Shown here one piece after another: positions 8,492 through 16,758 of a stretch of 28,015 bases of DNA. Each line of letters opens with the position of its first letter. Position 1 is the first letter of the stretch. The stretch comes from a virus. Its lineage: Duplodnaviria; Caudoviricetes. The stretch lies in IMG/VR virus record IMGVR_UViG_3300032212_000120, positions 1 to 28,015 of that record. One strand, 5' to 3'. The position numbers and the translations under genes are program-made. The notes beneath the pieces are model-generated. The model was not told the origin of the DNA, searched no databases, and saw only the letters and a program-made list of their open reading frames with translations.

Positions 8492-8501
8492 ATTTAACGC
8501 A

Positions 8502-8515
8502 ATGCCGTGAGGCAT
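8502..8515 (+). promoter_or_regulatory. GTGA-tetraloop hairpin in the capsid gene leader
   Basis: ATGCC-GTGA-GGCAT perfect stem. Same core as the copies at 16201, 17132 and 17156. Confidence 0.6.
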
Positions 8516-8540
8516 CGCTATCCGAAACGGAGTAATTATC

Positions 8541-9725
8541 ATGAGTGATATGGCAAAAGAAGTCCTTGATCTGAAAAAGGTTGAGGAGGCAATGGTTGAG
8601 AAGCATAACGAGCTTATTGGCACAATCGAAAAGGCAAACGAGGAAGCTAAAAATGCTGGCTCTGTTGCCAATGAAACGAAATCTGCAATTGATGGAATTT
8701 CAGGACAACTGAATGACATTGGTGATCGCCTGCATGAGATGGAGCAGAAAGGCGCGCATGGCGAATCAACAGATGAAGCCTACGACATAGGCGCTGAATT
8801 TGTTAAGTCAGAGCAGTTCCAGGCATTTGCGGAAGGTCGCCAGAATGGCGCACGCATGGAAGTCAAGACGGCCATCGTGAATGCTACAGGCCAGAACCAA
8901 CCGCTTGTTGATTCTGACCGCCTGGGCGGTATCAATGCAACGCCTAATCGGGTGCTGTCTATTCGTGACATCATTCCCACAAGCCAAACAGACAGCAATC
9001 TGATCGAGTTTGTGCGTGAGAATGTGTTTACAAACAGCGCAGGCCCACAGTACAGCTCACCGAACTATGAAAACGTGGCTAAAGCTGAATCAGGCATCAC
9101 GTTCACCCTGGTCAATGAGCCTGTTCAGACGCTTGCCCACTTCCTGCCTGCATCCAAACAGGTGATCGCTGATTCTGCACAGTTGCAGTCATATATCTCG
9201 GGTCGATTGATGTATGGCTTGAAGCTGTATGAAGAAGCACAGCTTTTGAGTGGTTCAGCCGCAAGCGGTCAGCTTAATGGCTTGATCACTCAGGCAACCA
9301 GCTACACGGCACAGTCACCAGCGCTGACCAATGAGCTTGACATCATTCGTGATGCAATCAAACAGGCTCATCAGTCTGAGTACATGCCTGATGCAATCGT
9401 GCTGAATCCATCAGACTGGTATGACATTGAAGTTCGCAAGGTCGGGACATCTGATGATCGTTATGTTGTGGGTAATCCGCGCAGCATGATGGGGCCAACG
9501 CTTTGGGGTCTGCCTGTTGTTGTGACAAACAGCATCGCGGCCGGAACCTTCCTGCTTGGTTCATTCGGCATGGGCGCTGAGATCAAGGATCGTATGAACG
9601 CAACAGTGGAAGTATCACGCGAGCACAGCGACAACTTCACCAAGAACATGGTTACTATCTTGGCAGAAGAACGCATAGCTCTGTGTGTTTACCGTACTGA
9701 GGCATTCATTACTGGCTCACTGTAA
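8541..9725 (+). CDS. major capsid protein, HK97 fold with N-terminal delta (scaffold) domain
   Basis: Coiled-coil N-terminus; K.ES.ITF......VQTLAH....SKQV..DS.QLQSYI..RL.YGL...EE.QLL.G; TLWGLPVV; DNFTKNMVTILAEER.AL.VYR.EAF..G. Confidence 0.97.
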   Translation: MSDMAKEVLDLKKVEEAMVEKHNELIGTIEKANEEAKNAGSVANETKSAIDGISGQLNDIGDRLHEMEQKGAHGESTDEAYDIGAEFVKSEQFQAFAEGRQNGARMEVKTAIVNATGQNQPLVDSDRLGGINATPNRVLSIRDIIPTSQTDSNLIEFVRENVFTNSAGPQYSSPNYENVAKAESGITFTLVNEPVQTLAHFLPASKQVIADSAQLQSYISGRLMYGLKLYEEAQLLSGSAASGQLNGLITQATSYTAQSPALTNELDIIRDAIKQAHQSEYMPDAIVLNPSDWYDIEVRKVGTSDDRYVVGNPRSMMGPTLWGLPVVVTNSIAAGTFLLGSFGMGAEIKDRMNATVEVSREHSDNFTKNMVTILAEERIALCVYRTEAFITGSL

Positions 9726-9740
9726 TAGTGAAATAAGGAT

Positions 9741-9768
9741 GGCCGGGGGCAACCCCGGTCAATCTTTT
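9741..9768 (+). terminator. hairpin/weak terminator after the capsid gene
   Basis: GGCCGGGG-GCAA-CCCCGGTC followed by AATCTTTT. Confidence 0.6.
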
Positions 9769-9770
9769 CT

Positions 9771-10034
9771 ATGAGAGTAAAAGTTAAAGGCAATCCCATC
9801 ACACCATACGGATCATTTGCAGATGGCCAGGTATTGAGTGATGACAAGTATTCGCGTGAGTTCTTATCTCATCTTGTGAATGATGCAGGCGCAGCCGATC
9901 TGATTGAATATGAGACGAAGGTTGTTGAGGAGTATGAACCTGTAAAAAAGCCCCGATCTTCACGGTCATCGCAACCGGGCAAAGCCTCACAGAAAAAGAC
10001 GCAAGTTACGCGCAAGAAAAAAGCCAAGTCATAG
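9771..10034 (+). CDS. small post-capsid protein with a basic C-terminal tail (zero-frame product of the frameshift gene)
   Basis: 87-aa ORF directly after the capsid gene. Lys/Ser/Arg-rich tail after the slippery site. Confidence 0.75.
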   Translation: MRVKVKGNPITPYGSFADGQVLSDDKYSREFLSHLVNDAGAADLIEYETKVVEEYEPVKKPRSSRSSQPGKASQKKTQVTRKKKAKS

Positions 10035-10519
10035 CGGTCAATGATGCATGGCGAGTAATACCTGAAGCGCCGTATCACTATGCATGTGATGCTAAATGGT
10101 GGGATCTGTATTACCGAGAAGTAAAAGATGGTTTTCAGGGTCAATCATTCACGATAGATGACGATGAGCGACCTGACGTAAACCCTAAATCAGAATATGA
10201 CCTGGTTCGCCTCAAGTCAAAGCACGGCGAAGGGTTAAGTAAAAGATTTATCCACTACGGTTTACCCCGTGGCGGAAACTCAGGCTATCAGGCTGTAAAT
10301 CTGGCCTACCAGTTGGGTGCAAAAACTATCTTGCTGCTTGGGTTTGATATGCATGGGGCTCACTATTTTGGGAAACACCCGGATAGCCTAGTGCAGAGCA
10401 GTCCATTTCAAAAGTTTATCGAGTCATTTAAGACGATCCGGGGCGTTGAGATTATCAACTGTTCCCCTGATTCGGCGTTGACGTGTTTTCCAAATATGAG
10501 GATTCAGGATGTCATCTAG
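9771..10519 (+). CDS. predicted -1 frameshift fusion (~249 aa): post-capsid protein plus Maf/MptE-like (DUF115, sialyltransferase-like fold) transferase domain
   Basis: The -1 frame is open from 9938 to 10519 with no ATG/GTG/TTG until 10313. It encodes IFTVIATGQSL...VIAVNDAW...YACDAKWW...GGNSGYQAVNLAYQLGAKTILLLGFDM...HYFG.HP...EIINCSPDSAL..FP. Slippery A_AAA_AAG lies at 9944-9950 in the correct phase. Confidence 0.75.
9927..9980 (+). promoter_or_regulatory. -1 programmed ribosomal frameshift signal
   Basis: SD-like GAGGAG (9927-9932), 11-nt spacer, A_AAA_AAG (9944-9950), then a GC-rich possible stem (CCCGAT...ATCG..CGGG, about 9952-9979). Confidence 0.72.
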
Positions 10520-11066
10520 CGCACAGCAAGCAGAAATAAACAAATATGAAAACGTGTATCAGCATCCTAACTACAAGATGGGTGATGCGCGTATGCAATG
10601 CGCCCGTGACAACCTGACAGATTCCCCGTTCCGTAAGTCTTACCTCGATGTGGGGTGTGGCCGGGGTGAAATGCTTTCCCTGGCTAAAAGCCTTGGATAT
10701 AAGAAGGTCAAGGGCGTTGAGGTTGTATCTTATCTGATCGGCGGTGACGTTGTTCAAGGTAAGGCGTGGGATTTACCTTTTAAGAAAAATGAGTTTGAAG
10801 TTGTTTCGCTGTTCGATGTAATTGAGCATCTACTTTATGAGGATATGATCCCAACCCTCAACGAATTAAAGCGCGTTGCATCCAAGCAGGTGATTCTAAC
10901 TGCCGCAAACTATTCATCCAAATCACTCGGCCAAGAGCTTCATGTAAATCGCTTACCTTATGAGGTTTGGGATGAGGTTATAAAGGGTGCGTTTGAAGGA
11001 TGCTCGGTTGAATGGCTGCCCAGGGCGCACGGCACTAACTCTGAGACATGGGTGATCACACTTTGA
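10509..11066 (+). CDS. class I SAM-dependent methyltransferase
   Basis: YLDVGCGRG motif I, GVEV, LPF..NEFEVV..FDVIEHL. Confidence 0.9.
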   Translation: MSSSAQQAEINKYENVYQHPNYKMGDARMQCARDNLTDSPFRKSYLDVGCGRGEMLSLAKSLGYKKVKGVEVVSYLIGGDVVQGKAWDLPFKKNEFEVVSLFDVIEHLLYEDMIPTLNELKRVASKQVILTAANYSSKSLGQELHVNRLPYEVWDEVIKGAFEGCSVEWLPRAHGTNSETWVITL

Positions 11067-11857
11067 GGGTTGCCTTCTTTGCCGCTCCTGGCAAAGCCCA
11101 TCATTCACGATGGGGCGCAGCATTCCTAAAAGGACTTAGCAAGCACGGCATATACGCCAGCCTCCAGAGCATCAACGATGACATTGAGTGCGATGTGGCA
11201 GTGATGTGGAGCCACAAACATCGGGCCTTGATCGAAAGACAGAAGGCGCGAGGCGGTGATTACCTGGTTATGGAAGCCGGTTATTTTGGCGACCGTCTTG
11301 GCTTTGCCTCGGTTGGCTGGAATGGCCTGAATGGGCGCGCTGATTTTAAGAATCAGGACATGCCCGGTGACAGGTGGGAAAAGCACGGCGTTGATATTAA
11401 GCCTTGGCACAACGGCGAATATATTTTAGTTGCGGGACAAGTACAGGGCGATGCAGCGGTAAACGGCATTGATCTAAAACGTCGATACACCGAAATCATC
11501 AACCAACTCAAGACCATCACAAATCGTGAGGTTGTATTTAGACCTCACCCTTATAGCTCACCTATTCCTGATGGTGTGACCGTCTCACACGGATCACTCG
11601 AGTCAGATTTAGCAGGCGCAAAGTGCCTCGTTGCTATCAACAGCAATACAACGGTTGATGCAGCAATTGCGGGAACCCCCGTGGTTGCACTTGATGAGGG
11701 TTCGATGGCATGGCCTGTATCAGCGCATGAGCTTGAGGGCGTATTAATACCGCGCAGACCCGACAGGCACCAGTGGTTAAACAACCTGGCTTATTGCCAG
11801 TGGACAGAGAATGAGATCCGAGCGGGTCACGCTTGGGAACACTTGATCGCATATTAA
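11063..11857 (+). CDS. putative glycosyltransferase, capsule-synthesis (KpsS/KpsC-like) type
   Basis: YLVMEAGYF, YILVAGQV.GD, VVFRPHP, LE.DL..A..LV.INS...VDA..AG.PV match the E.G / Q...D / RPHP / INS..G.EA motifs of Capsule_synth-like transferases. Start is TTG 11063 (overlapping the previous stop) or ATG 11048. Confidence 0.65.
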   Translation: MRVAFFAAPGKAHHSRWGAAFLKGLSKHGIYASLQSINDDIECDVAVMWSHKHRALIERQKARGGDYLVMEAGYFGDRLGFASVGWNGLNGRADFKNQDMPGDRWEKHGVDIKPWHNGEYILVAGQVQGDAAVNGIDLKRRYTEIINQLKTITNREVVFRPHPYSSPIPDGVTVSHGSLESDLAGAKCLVAINSNTTVDAAIAGTPVVALDEGSMAWPVSAHELEGVLIPRRPDRHQWLNNLAYCQWTENEIRAGHAWEHLIAY

Positions 11858-11867
11858 ATACACCAGC

Positions 11868-12770
11868 CTTAAAGCCGAAATTATTGCCGAACAGTTCAGC
11901 CCTGAAACATTGCAGTTAATGACAGGGATGCAAGTCACTGATGAAGTGATGGAGCTACTGCGCAACGATCCAGCACGGTCATTTATGATCGACATCGAAA
12001 CGGACTCCACTATCGCCGCTGATGAAATGGAAGAAAAGCAGCGCCGCACAGAGTTCTTGGATTCAGTTGGTGGGTTTATGGAAAAAGCGCTCCCCGTTGT
12101 TCAAGAAGTCCCTGCAATGGGCAAGATAGCCAGCGAGATGCTGTTGTTTGCTGTACGTGGATTCAGAACAGGCCGCGAGCTTGAATCTTCGTTTGAAGAA
12201 CTCGCTGAAAGCATGGGCCAAGAGAAGAAAGGCCCGGATGTTGGTCAGTTAATGCAACAGGCCGAGCAGCTTCAGATGCAGAACCAAGAACTGCAAATGC
12301 AAAACCAACAACTACAGGAACAGGCTGACGCCAATCGCGTTAAGGCCGGTACAGATATACAGGTTGCTGACCGAAAACTGCAAGCGGCCAACATGGAAGC
12401 TGAAGCCAAACGCCTTGCAGACATCGAGATTGCCAAAATACAGGCGCAAGCAGACATCCAGATTGCTGCCATCAAAGAAGAGGGCGAGCTAGGCAAGGCT
12501 GCACAAGAACGCCAGTCAACGGCTGAAGAAAACGCCAACGCACGCGCAGAGATTGATAAAGAGATTGCAGATATACGTGCTAAGGCAGATGTAGAGATTG
12601 CCAATTTAATGCAGCAGTCAGAACAGGCCCGTGTTCAGCTTGAAATGGGGCCACCACAACCAGAAGTAAAACTTCCAGATGTAGTCATTAACATGCCATC
12701 CCCTAACAAAACCATCACCGTCGAGAAGAACGGCGACACCATGACCGGAAGGGTAGAAGAAGATGCTTAA
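11868..12770 (+). pseudogene. 5'-truncated C-terminal part of a podovirus-type (P22-like superfamily) portal protein
   Basis: LKAEIIAEQFSPETL..MTG, LLRND..RSF.IDIETDSTI..DE..EKQ.R.EFL..VGGF, EMLLFAVRGFR.GRELE and a Gln/Ala/Glu coiled-coil tail. The similarity begins before any start codon, just after the upstream gene's stop. Confidence 0.65.
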
Positions 12771-12791
12771 AACTGTCGAGGGATTCATAAA

Positions 12792-13232
12792 TTGATACGG
12801 CTTTATTTAACGCAATGGACTGAACCAAGCCCGAAACACGTCACTACACCTATACAGGATAGCGGACTGGATTTGCTACCCGCTAAAAACTTTACTGCCG
12901 CCGCTTATTATCCAGATGTGGATTTAGACGGTTACCCCGATACACAGTGGGTTTTAGTGGCAGTGGAAAGTGCGACAGCGATTGAATCAGATTTCACACC
13001 ACTGGAGTCATTACCAAATACCGCTTTGCTAGACCCCGAAGATTTATTCAAGCAAATCAAGAACGGTCGCAGAAACAGTTATCAGAACAAGTTGAACAAT
13101 GCCGGAATCATTGTGGATTTAAGTTCTGCAAGCACATTAATGGATGTTGTAACCCTAACTATTCAATCATGGAATCCAACCTTTCAAGGGTTTGGTCAGC
13201 ATATTGAAGATAGAGCGAGTGAGTTTGCATAA
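12792..13232 (+). CDS. hypothetical protein
   Basis: 146-aa ORF with a TTG start after GAGGG. TAATG coupling to the next gene. Confidence 0.65.
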   Translation: MIRLYLTQWTEPSPKHVTTPIQDSGLDLLPAKNFTAAAYYPDVDLDGYPDTQWVLVAVESATAIESDFTPLESLPNTALLDPEDLFKQIKNGRRNSYQNKLNNAGIIVDLSSASTLMDVVTLTIQSWNPTFQGFGQHIEDRASEFA

Positions 13233-13888
13233 TGGCTTTTACTGACGATTTTGATGGCGAAGGAACAGACGCTAATTTAGAAGATCATACACCGTCAGGC
13301 GGCACGGCATGGTCATTAATATCTGGCGGTGCTGGTTCAGCCAAATGTACAACAGCGGGTGAGGTTGAGGGTAATTCGTCAGGTGATGCGGAATACAACT
13401 GTGACGACCAAGCAGACGCCGACCATTACGCTATTCATCGCTCCAAACTACTTGGCTCATCACTTCCTGATTCATTCGTGGCGTGTCGTTTAGCGGACAC
13501 TAACAACTTTATAGGCTGGCGGTTATTTGGTAGTGGCGCGGCTGGCCGCAGACTCTCCAAGCGTGTCTCAGGGACTATCACCGACTTAATCACCTCACAA
13601 GGCGTTGATAAAGAGTGGATTAAGGTCGAGGTAGAAGGCTCTACAGCAAGACTTTATGAAGGCGGTACAGGCGCAAGCCCTTCATGGACTCAAGTTTCTA
13701 CCGACCAAACATTTTCAGACGACACCACCACGACTACACAAGGCTTGATGATCTCAAACGTCTATGGTGCGGCGGGGTGGATTGATGACTTTGAAGCTGG
13801 AGTATTAGGCGGCGGCGGTGGCGCAACCGGCAAATGTAACCCATTACACGGCCCCTTGGGCGGCCCACTCTACGGAGCAATAGCATAA
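13232..13888 (+). CDS. putative virion accessory protein with a beta-sandwich (ConA/lectin-like) domain
   Basis: FTDDF..., HTP.GG..W, IKVEVEGST.RLY, WIDDFEAG pattern. Gly linker and C-terminal NPLHGPLGGPLYGAI. Rich in Ser, Thr, Gly and Asp. Confidence 0.5.
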   Translation: MAFTDDFDGEGTDANLEDHTPSGGTAWSLISGGAGSAKCTTAGEVEGNSSGDAEYNCDDQADADHYAIHRSKLLGSSLPDSFVACRLADTNNFIGWRLFGSGAAGRRLSKRVSGTITDLITSQGVDKEWIKVEVEGSTARLYEGGTGASPSWTQVSTDQTFSDDTTTTTQGLMISNVYGAAGWIDDFEAGVLGGGGGATGKCNPLHGPLGGPLYGAIA

Positions 13889-15108
13889 TGCAATATTTAG
13901 GTGACTTCGCAGAAGATGCAACGGTATATATGCCGTTCAATACATTTAGCTCTGATGACCCTCAAGCATCCGTCACGATTACTAATCTGGCTGACGCTGA
14001 CATTAAGGTTTATAAAGACGGAAGTGTGACGCAAATCGTGACAGACGGCGCAACGATTGCGATTGATTTTGATTCCATCACAGGCAATCACTTAATCACG
14101 ATTGATACCTCTGCGCACGCCGACTATTCCGTAGGCTCTGACTACATTGTAAGAATTGAAGGCACGACAGTCGATGGCGGTACGATTAACGCGTTCATCG
14201 GAAGTTTCAGTATTGAGAACAGATTTGATAACGACACGGCCAAAGCATCCGCATTAACGACAGTCGATACTGTTGTTGACGGTATTCAAACAGACCTTAG
14301 TAACGCAACAGACGGGCTCGGGGCGATTAAGACCGCCGTAGATGCTAACGGCACTTCAATCTCTGGCCTTAATGATGTTTCAGCCGCTGATGTAAATGCT
14401 CAGTGTGATGCGGCTATTGAAACCTACGGACTCGATCATCTTATTGCTGCTGCCGTGTCAGGTACAGACATAACGGATAACTCAATCATTGCGAAGATGG
14501 TCAGCAAGTCAGCCACGGCAGACTGGGATTCATTCGATAATACCACTGATTCACTTGAGTCAATTACTGATTCAGGCGGCGGCGGCCTAACGCAGCAACA
14601 GGTGCGTGATGCGATGAAACTCGCACCCACGGCAGGCGCTCCGTCAGCGGGGTCTATTGATGAGCATGTTGACGACATACTATCAGATACCAACGAACTA
14701 CAGACCGATGATATACCGACAACCCTAGCAACACTCGCAACATCATCAGCACTAGCCACGGTTGATACGAATGTAGACGCTATACTTGTAGACACAGGTA
14801 CTGACATTCCCGCGACTCTGGTGACTATAGCTGGATACATTGACACTGAGATTGCAACCATCATCACGAACTTGGCGACTGTTGATGCTGTTGTCGATGG
14901 AATCCAAACAGATTTAAGCAATGGCACAGACGGTCTCGGGGCGCTCAAGACATTAATCGACACCCTGGACACAGTGGCCGATGCCATTAAAGCGAAAACA
15001 GATCAACTCGTATTCACTAAAGCGAATGAACTGGATGCTAACGTTCAATCGATCAATGGTGCGACGATTACAGGTGACGGCAACGGAACGCCGTTTGATG
15101 TTGTATGA
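13888..15108 (+). CDS. putative fibre/decoration virion protein (Ig-like N-terminus plus repetitive Thr/Asp/Ala stalk)
   Basis: Beta-rich N-terminal domain (DIKVYKDG, DFDSITG.HLI.ID). Repeated VD.VVD.I..D units. C-terminal DAIKAKTD.L.FT...LDANVQ.ING..I.G.G. Confidence 0.55.
   Translation: MQYLGDFAEDATVYMPFNTFSSDDPQASVTITNLADADIKVYKDGSVTQIVTDGATIAIDFDSITGNHLITIDTSAHADYSVGSDYIVRIEGTTVDGGTINAFIGSFSIENRFDNDTAKASALTTVDTVVDGIQTDLSNATDGLGAIKTAVDANGTSISGLNDVSAADVNAQCDAAIETYGLDHLIAAAVSGTDITDNSIIAKMVSKSATADWDSFDNTTDSLESITDSGGGGLTQQQVRDAMKLAPTAGAPSAGSIDEHVDDILSDTNELQTDDIPTTLATLATSSALATVDTNVDAILVDTGTDIPATLVTIAGYIDTEIATIITNLATVDAVVDGIQTDLSNGTDGLGALKTLIDTLDTVADAIKAKTDQLVFTKANELDANVQSINGATITGDGNGTPFDVV
14263..14952 (+). 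repeat. two 72-nt (24-aa) internal direct repeats at 14263-14334 and 14881-14952
   Basis: VDTVVDGIQTDLSNATDGLGAIKT versus VDAVVDGIQTDLSNGTDGLGALKT (21/24 aa identical, many synonymous changes). Confidence 0.85.
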
Positions 15109-15290
15109 GCCTGAGTGTTGCGGGTGTTTGGGCGGTCGATGTTTGGGATCAGACCGTATGGGCCGATGGTGTATGGCGTGAAGGCGAGCCAGTAATTACC
15201 CCGGCACTATTTAGAACAGGTCGCAATCGTGGAGCAAACAGTCATAACCGACCAGGTGTGCAGAGTCATTCCAGGGCGGGTGTCAGATAA
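15105..15290 (+). CDS. small protein with four VW pentapeptide repeats and a basic tail
   Basis: AGVW-AVDVW-DQTVW-ADGVW periodicity. ATGA coupling to the upstream gene. Confidence 0.6.
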   Translation: MSLSVAGVWAVDVWDQTVWADGVWREGEPVITPALFRTGRNRGANSHNRPGVQSHSRAGVR

Positions 15291-15308
15291 TATTCGAGGC
15301 GCAACTAA

Positions 15309-15905
15309 ATGAGTTACACACGAACAGTCGATCCAACCGTTGAGCCTGTCACGCTCGCTGAAGCAAAGGCGCATCTAAATGTGACAGTTAGCACGGATGA
15401 CACGTTGATCGGCGCATTGATTCAGGCTGCGCGGGAGCATACAGAGACATTCACTAATCGCGCCCTTGTGTCGCAGACGTGGAAGCTCTTGATGGATGAC
15501 TTTCCAGAGTGGGAGTTGCGAATATCTAAGCCGCCTCTGATCTCAATTACATCCATCAAGTATTACGACATTAATAACTCACAACAAACGCTTGTTGAAA
15601 ATACTGACTTTACCAAAGACAAGTTTTCACAGCCGGGGTGGGTTGTGCCAGGTATTGATGGCTGGCCTTCTGTGTATTCAGACGGGATCAATGCGGTAGA
15701 AATTATATTTGTGGCGGGTTATGAGGATTCAAGCGCCTCACCCGTTGACCTTGCGGATAAGATACCGCAAGCGATCAAAACCGCAATCCTATTGCTTGTT
15801 GGTCACTTATACGAACACCGGGAATCTGTTTCTGATTTTCAGGTGCATACCGTGCCGATGGGATATGAGGCGCTGCTTTACTCATACAGGATTTTGAACC
15901 TATGA
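15309..15905 (+). CDS. head-tail connector (HK97 gp6 / phiE125 gp8-like)
   Basis: EPVTLAEAKAHL.V....DD.LI..LI.AARE..E.FT.RAL..QTW, F.AGY, P.AIK.AILLLVGH.YEHRE. Confidence 0.92.
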   Translation: MSYTRTVDPTVEPVTLAEAKAHLNVTVSTDDTLIGALIQAAREHTETFTNRALVSQTWKLLMDDFPEWELRISKPPLISITSIKYYDINNSQQTLVENTDFTKDKFSQPGWVVPGIDGWPSVYSDGINAVEIIFVAGYEDSSASPVDLADKIPQAIKTAILLLVGHLYEHRESVSDFQVHTVPMGYEALLYSYRILNL

Positions 15906-16219
15906 GGGGTGGCAAACTTCGTCATCAGATTGTGATCCAGCAAACAACTGAATCACGCAATGCAGTTGGCGAGGTTGATGATACATGGTCAACCTTTGCG
16001 ACAGTACGCGCATCGGTTGAGCCATTACAGGGGCGTGAGTCATTCGTACTCAGCCAGAGCCTTGCAGAGATGACCATCCGGTTCAGGATACGATACCTGG
16101 ACGGGGTTACGCCGAAGATGCGCATCTCATACGATTCACGGTTATTTGATATTGAGTCTGTTGTCCACGTTAATGAGCGGGGCAGGGAAATGCACTTGTT
16201 AAGCCGTGAGGTTTTGTGA
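15902..16219 (+). CDS. head closure / head-tail adaptor (SPP1 gp16-like)
   Basis: GKLRH.I.IQ, W..FATV.ASVEPL.GRE, RFRIRY..GVTPKMRI....R.FDI.SV. Confidence 0.92.
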   Translation: MRGGKLRHQIVIQQTTESRNAVGEVDDTWSTFATVRASVEPLQGRESFVLSQSLAEMTIRFRIRYLDGVTPKMRISYDSRLFDIESVVHVNERGREMHLLSREVL

Positions 16220-16758
16220 TGCCAGAAGGTATAGAGGTTCAAGGCATGAAAGAGCTTCAAAAAATCTTAAAGAAGCTTGATGATAAGGTTCAAACGAAAG
16301 TCATTAAATCTGCATTGCGTGCCAGCGGCAGAGAGGTGATTAAGTCAGCGCGGAGAAAACTACCTAGCGAATACGGCACTTTAAAACGCAGTTTGGCAAC
16401 CAAGATACTTAAGCCAACAGGCGGCGGGGTTGGGTTGTTGGTGGGCGCACGGACTACCACCATCACAAAATCAGGAAATAGGAAGCGCCCCAAATATGAT
16501 GGTTTCTATGCAACGATGGTTGAGCTAGGCACGCTTGGCAGTAGAACAGAGAAGCTTTCAGCTTCCACGAAAAGAAAAAAACAATGGACGCGAAAAGGGA
16601 CTGATGCAGTTTACAACCGTAGAGGAACGCCACGGGGATTAAGGCCGCGCCCATTTTTAAGACCCGCATTCAGAGATAGCAAAACTAAGATCATCGATGC
16701 CTTTGTGACCCAGGTGAACAAGGCGGTTGACAAAGAGTTATCAAAGGCCAAAAAATAA
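16216..16758 (+). CDS. HK97 gp10-family neck/tail-completion protein
   Basis: I.V.GM.EL.K.L..L, G.LKRS, FY..MVELGT, PRPFLRPAF. Start is GTG 16216 or ATG 16219. Confidence 0.9.
   Translation: MMPEGIEVQGMKELQKILKKLDDKVQTKVIKSALRASGREVIKSARRKLPSEYGTLKRSLATKILKPTGGGVGLLVGARTTTITKSGNRKRPKYDGFYATMVELGTLGSRTEKLSASTKRKKQWTRKGTDAVYNRRGTPRGLRPRPFLRPAFRDSKTKIIDAFVTQVNKAVDKELSKAKK

Noticed and set aside
10313-10519. Stand-alone 68-aa gene starting at TTG 10313
   Set aside because: It starts in the middle of the conserved NLAY.LGAK motif and has no RBS. The frame is coding from about 9950.
11844-11870. +1 frameshift joining the transferase to the portal fragment
   Set aside because: The frames differ by +1 at TAT TAA, but tRNA re-pairing would be poor and no stimulatory element is evident. 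A recombination junction is simpler.
14263-14952. Diversity-generating retroelement TR/VR pair
   Set aside because: The differences are mostly synonymous and not adenine-specific, both copies lie in one ORF, and there is no reverse transcriptase in the window.
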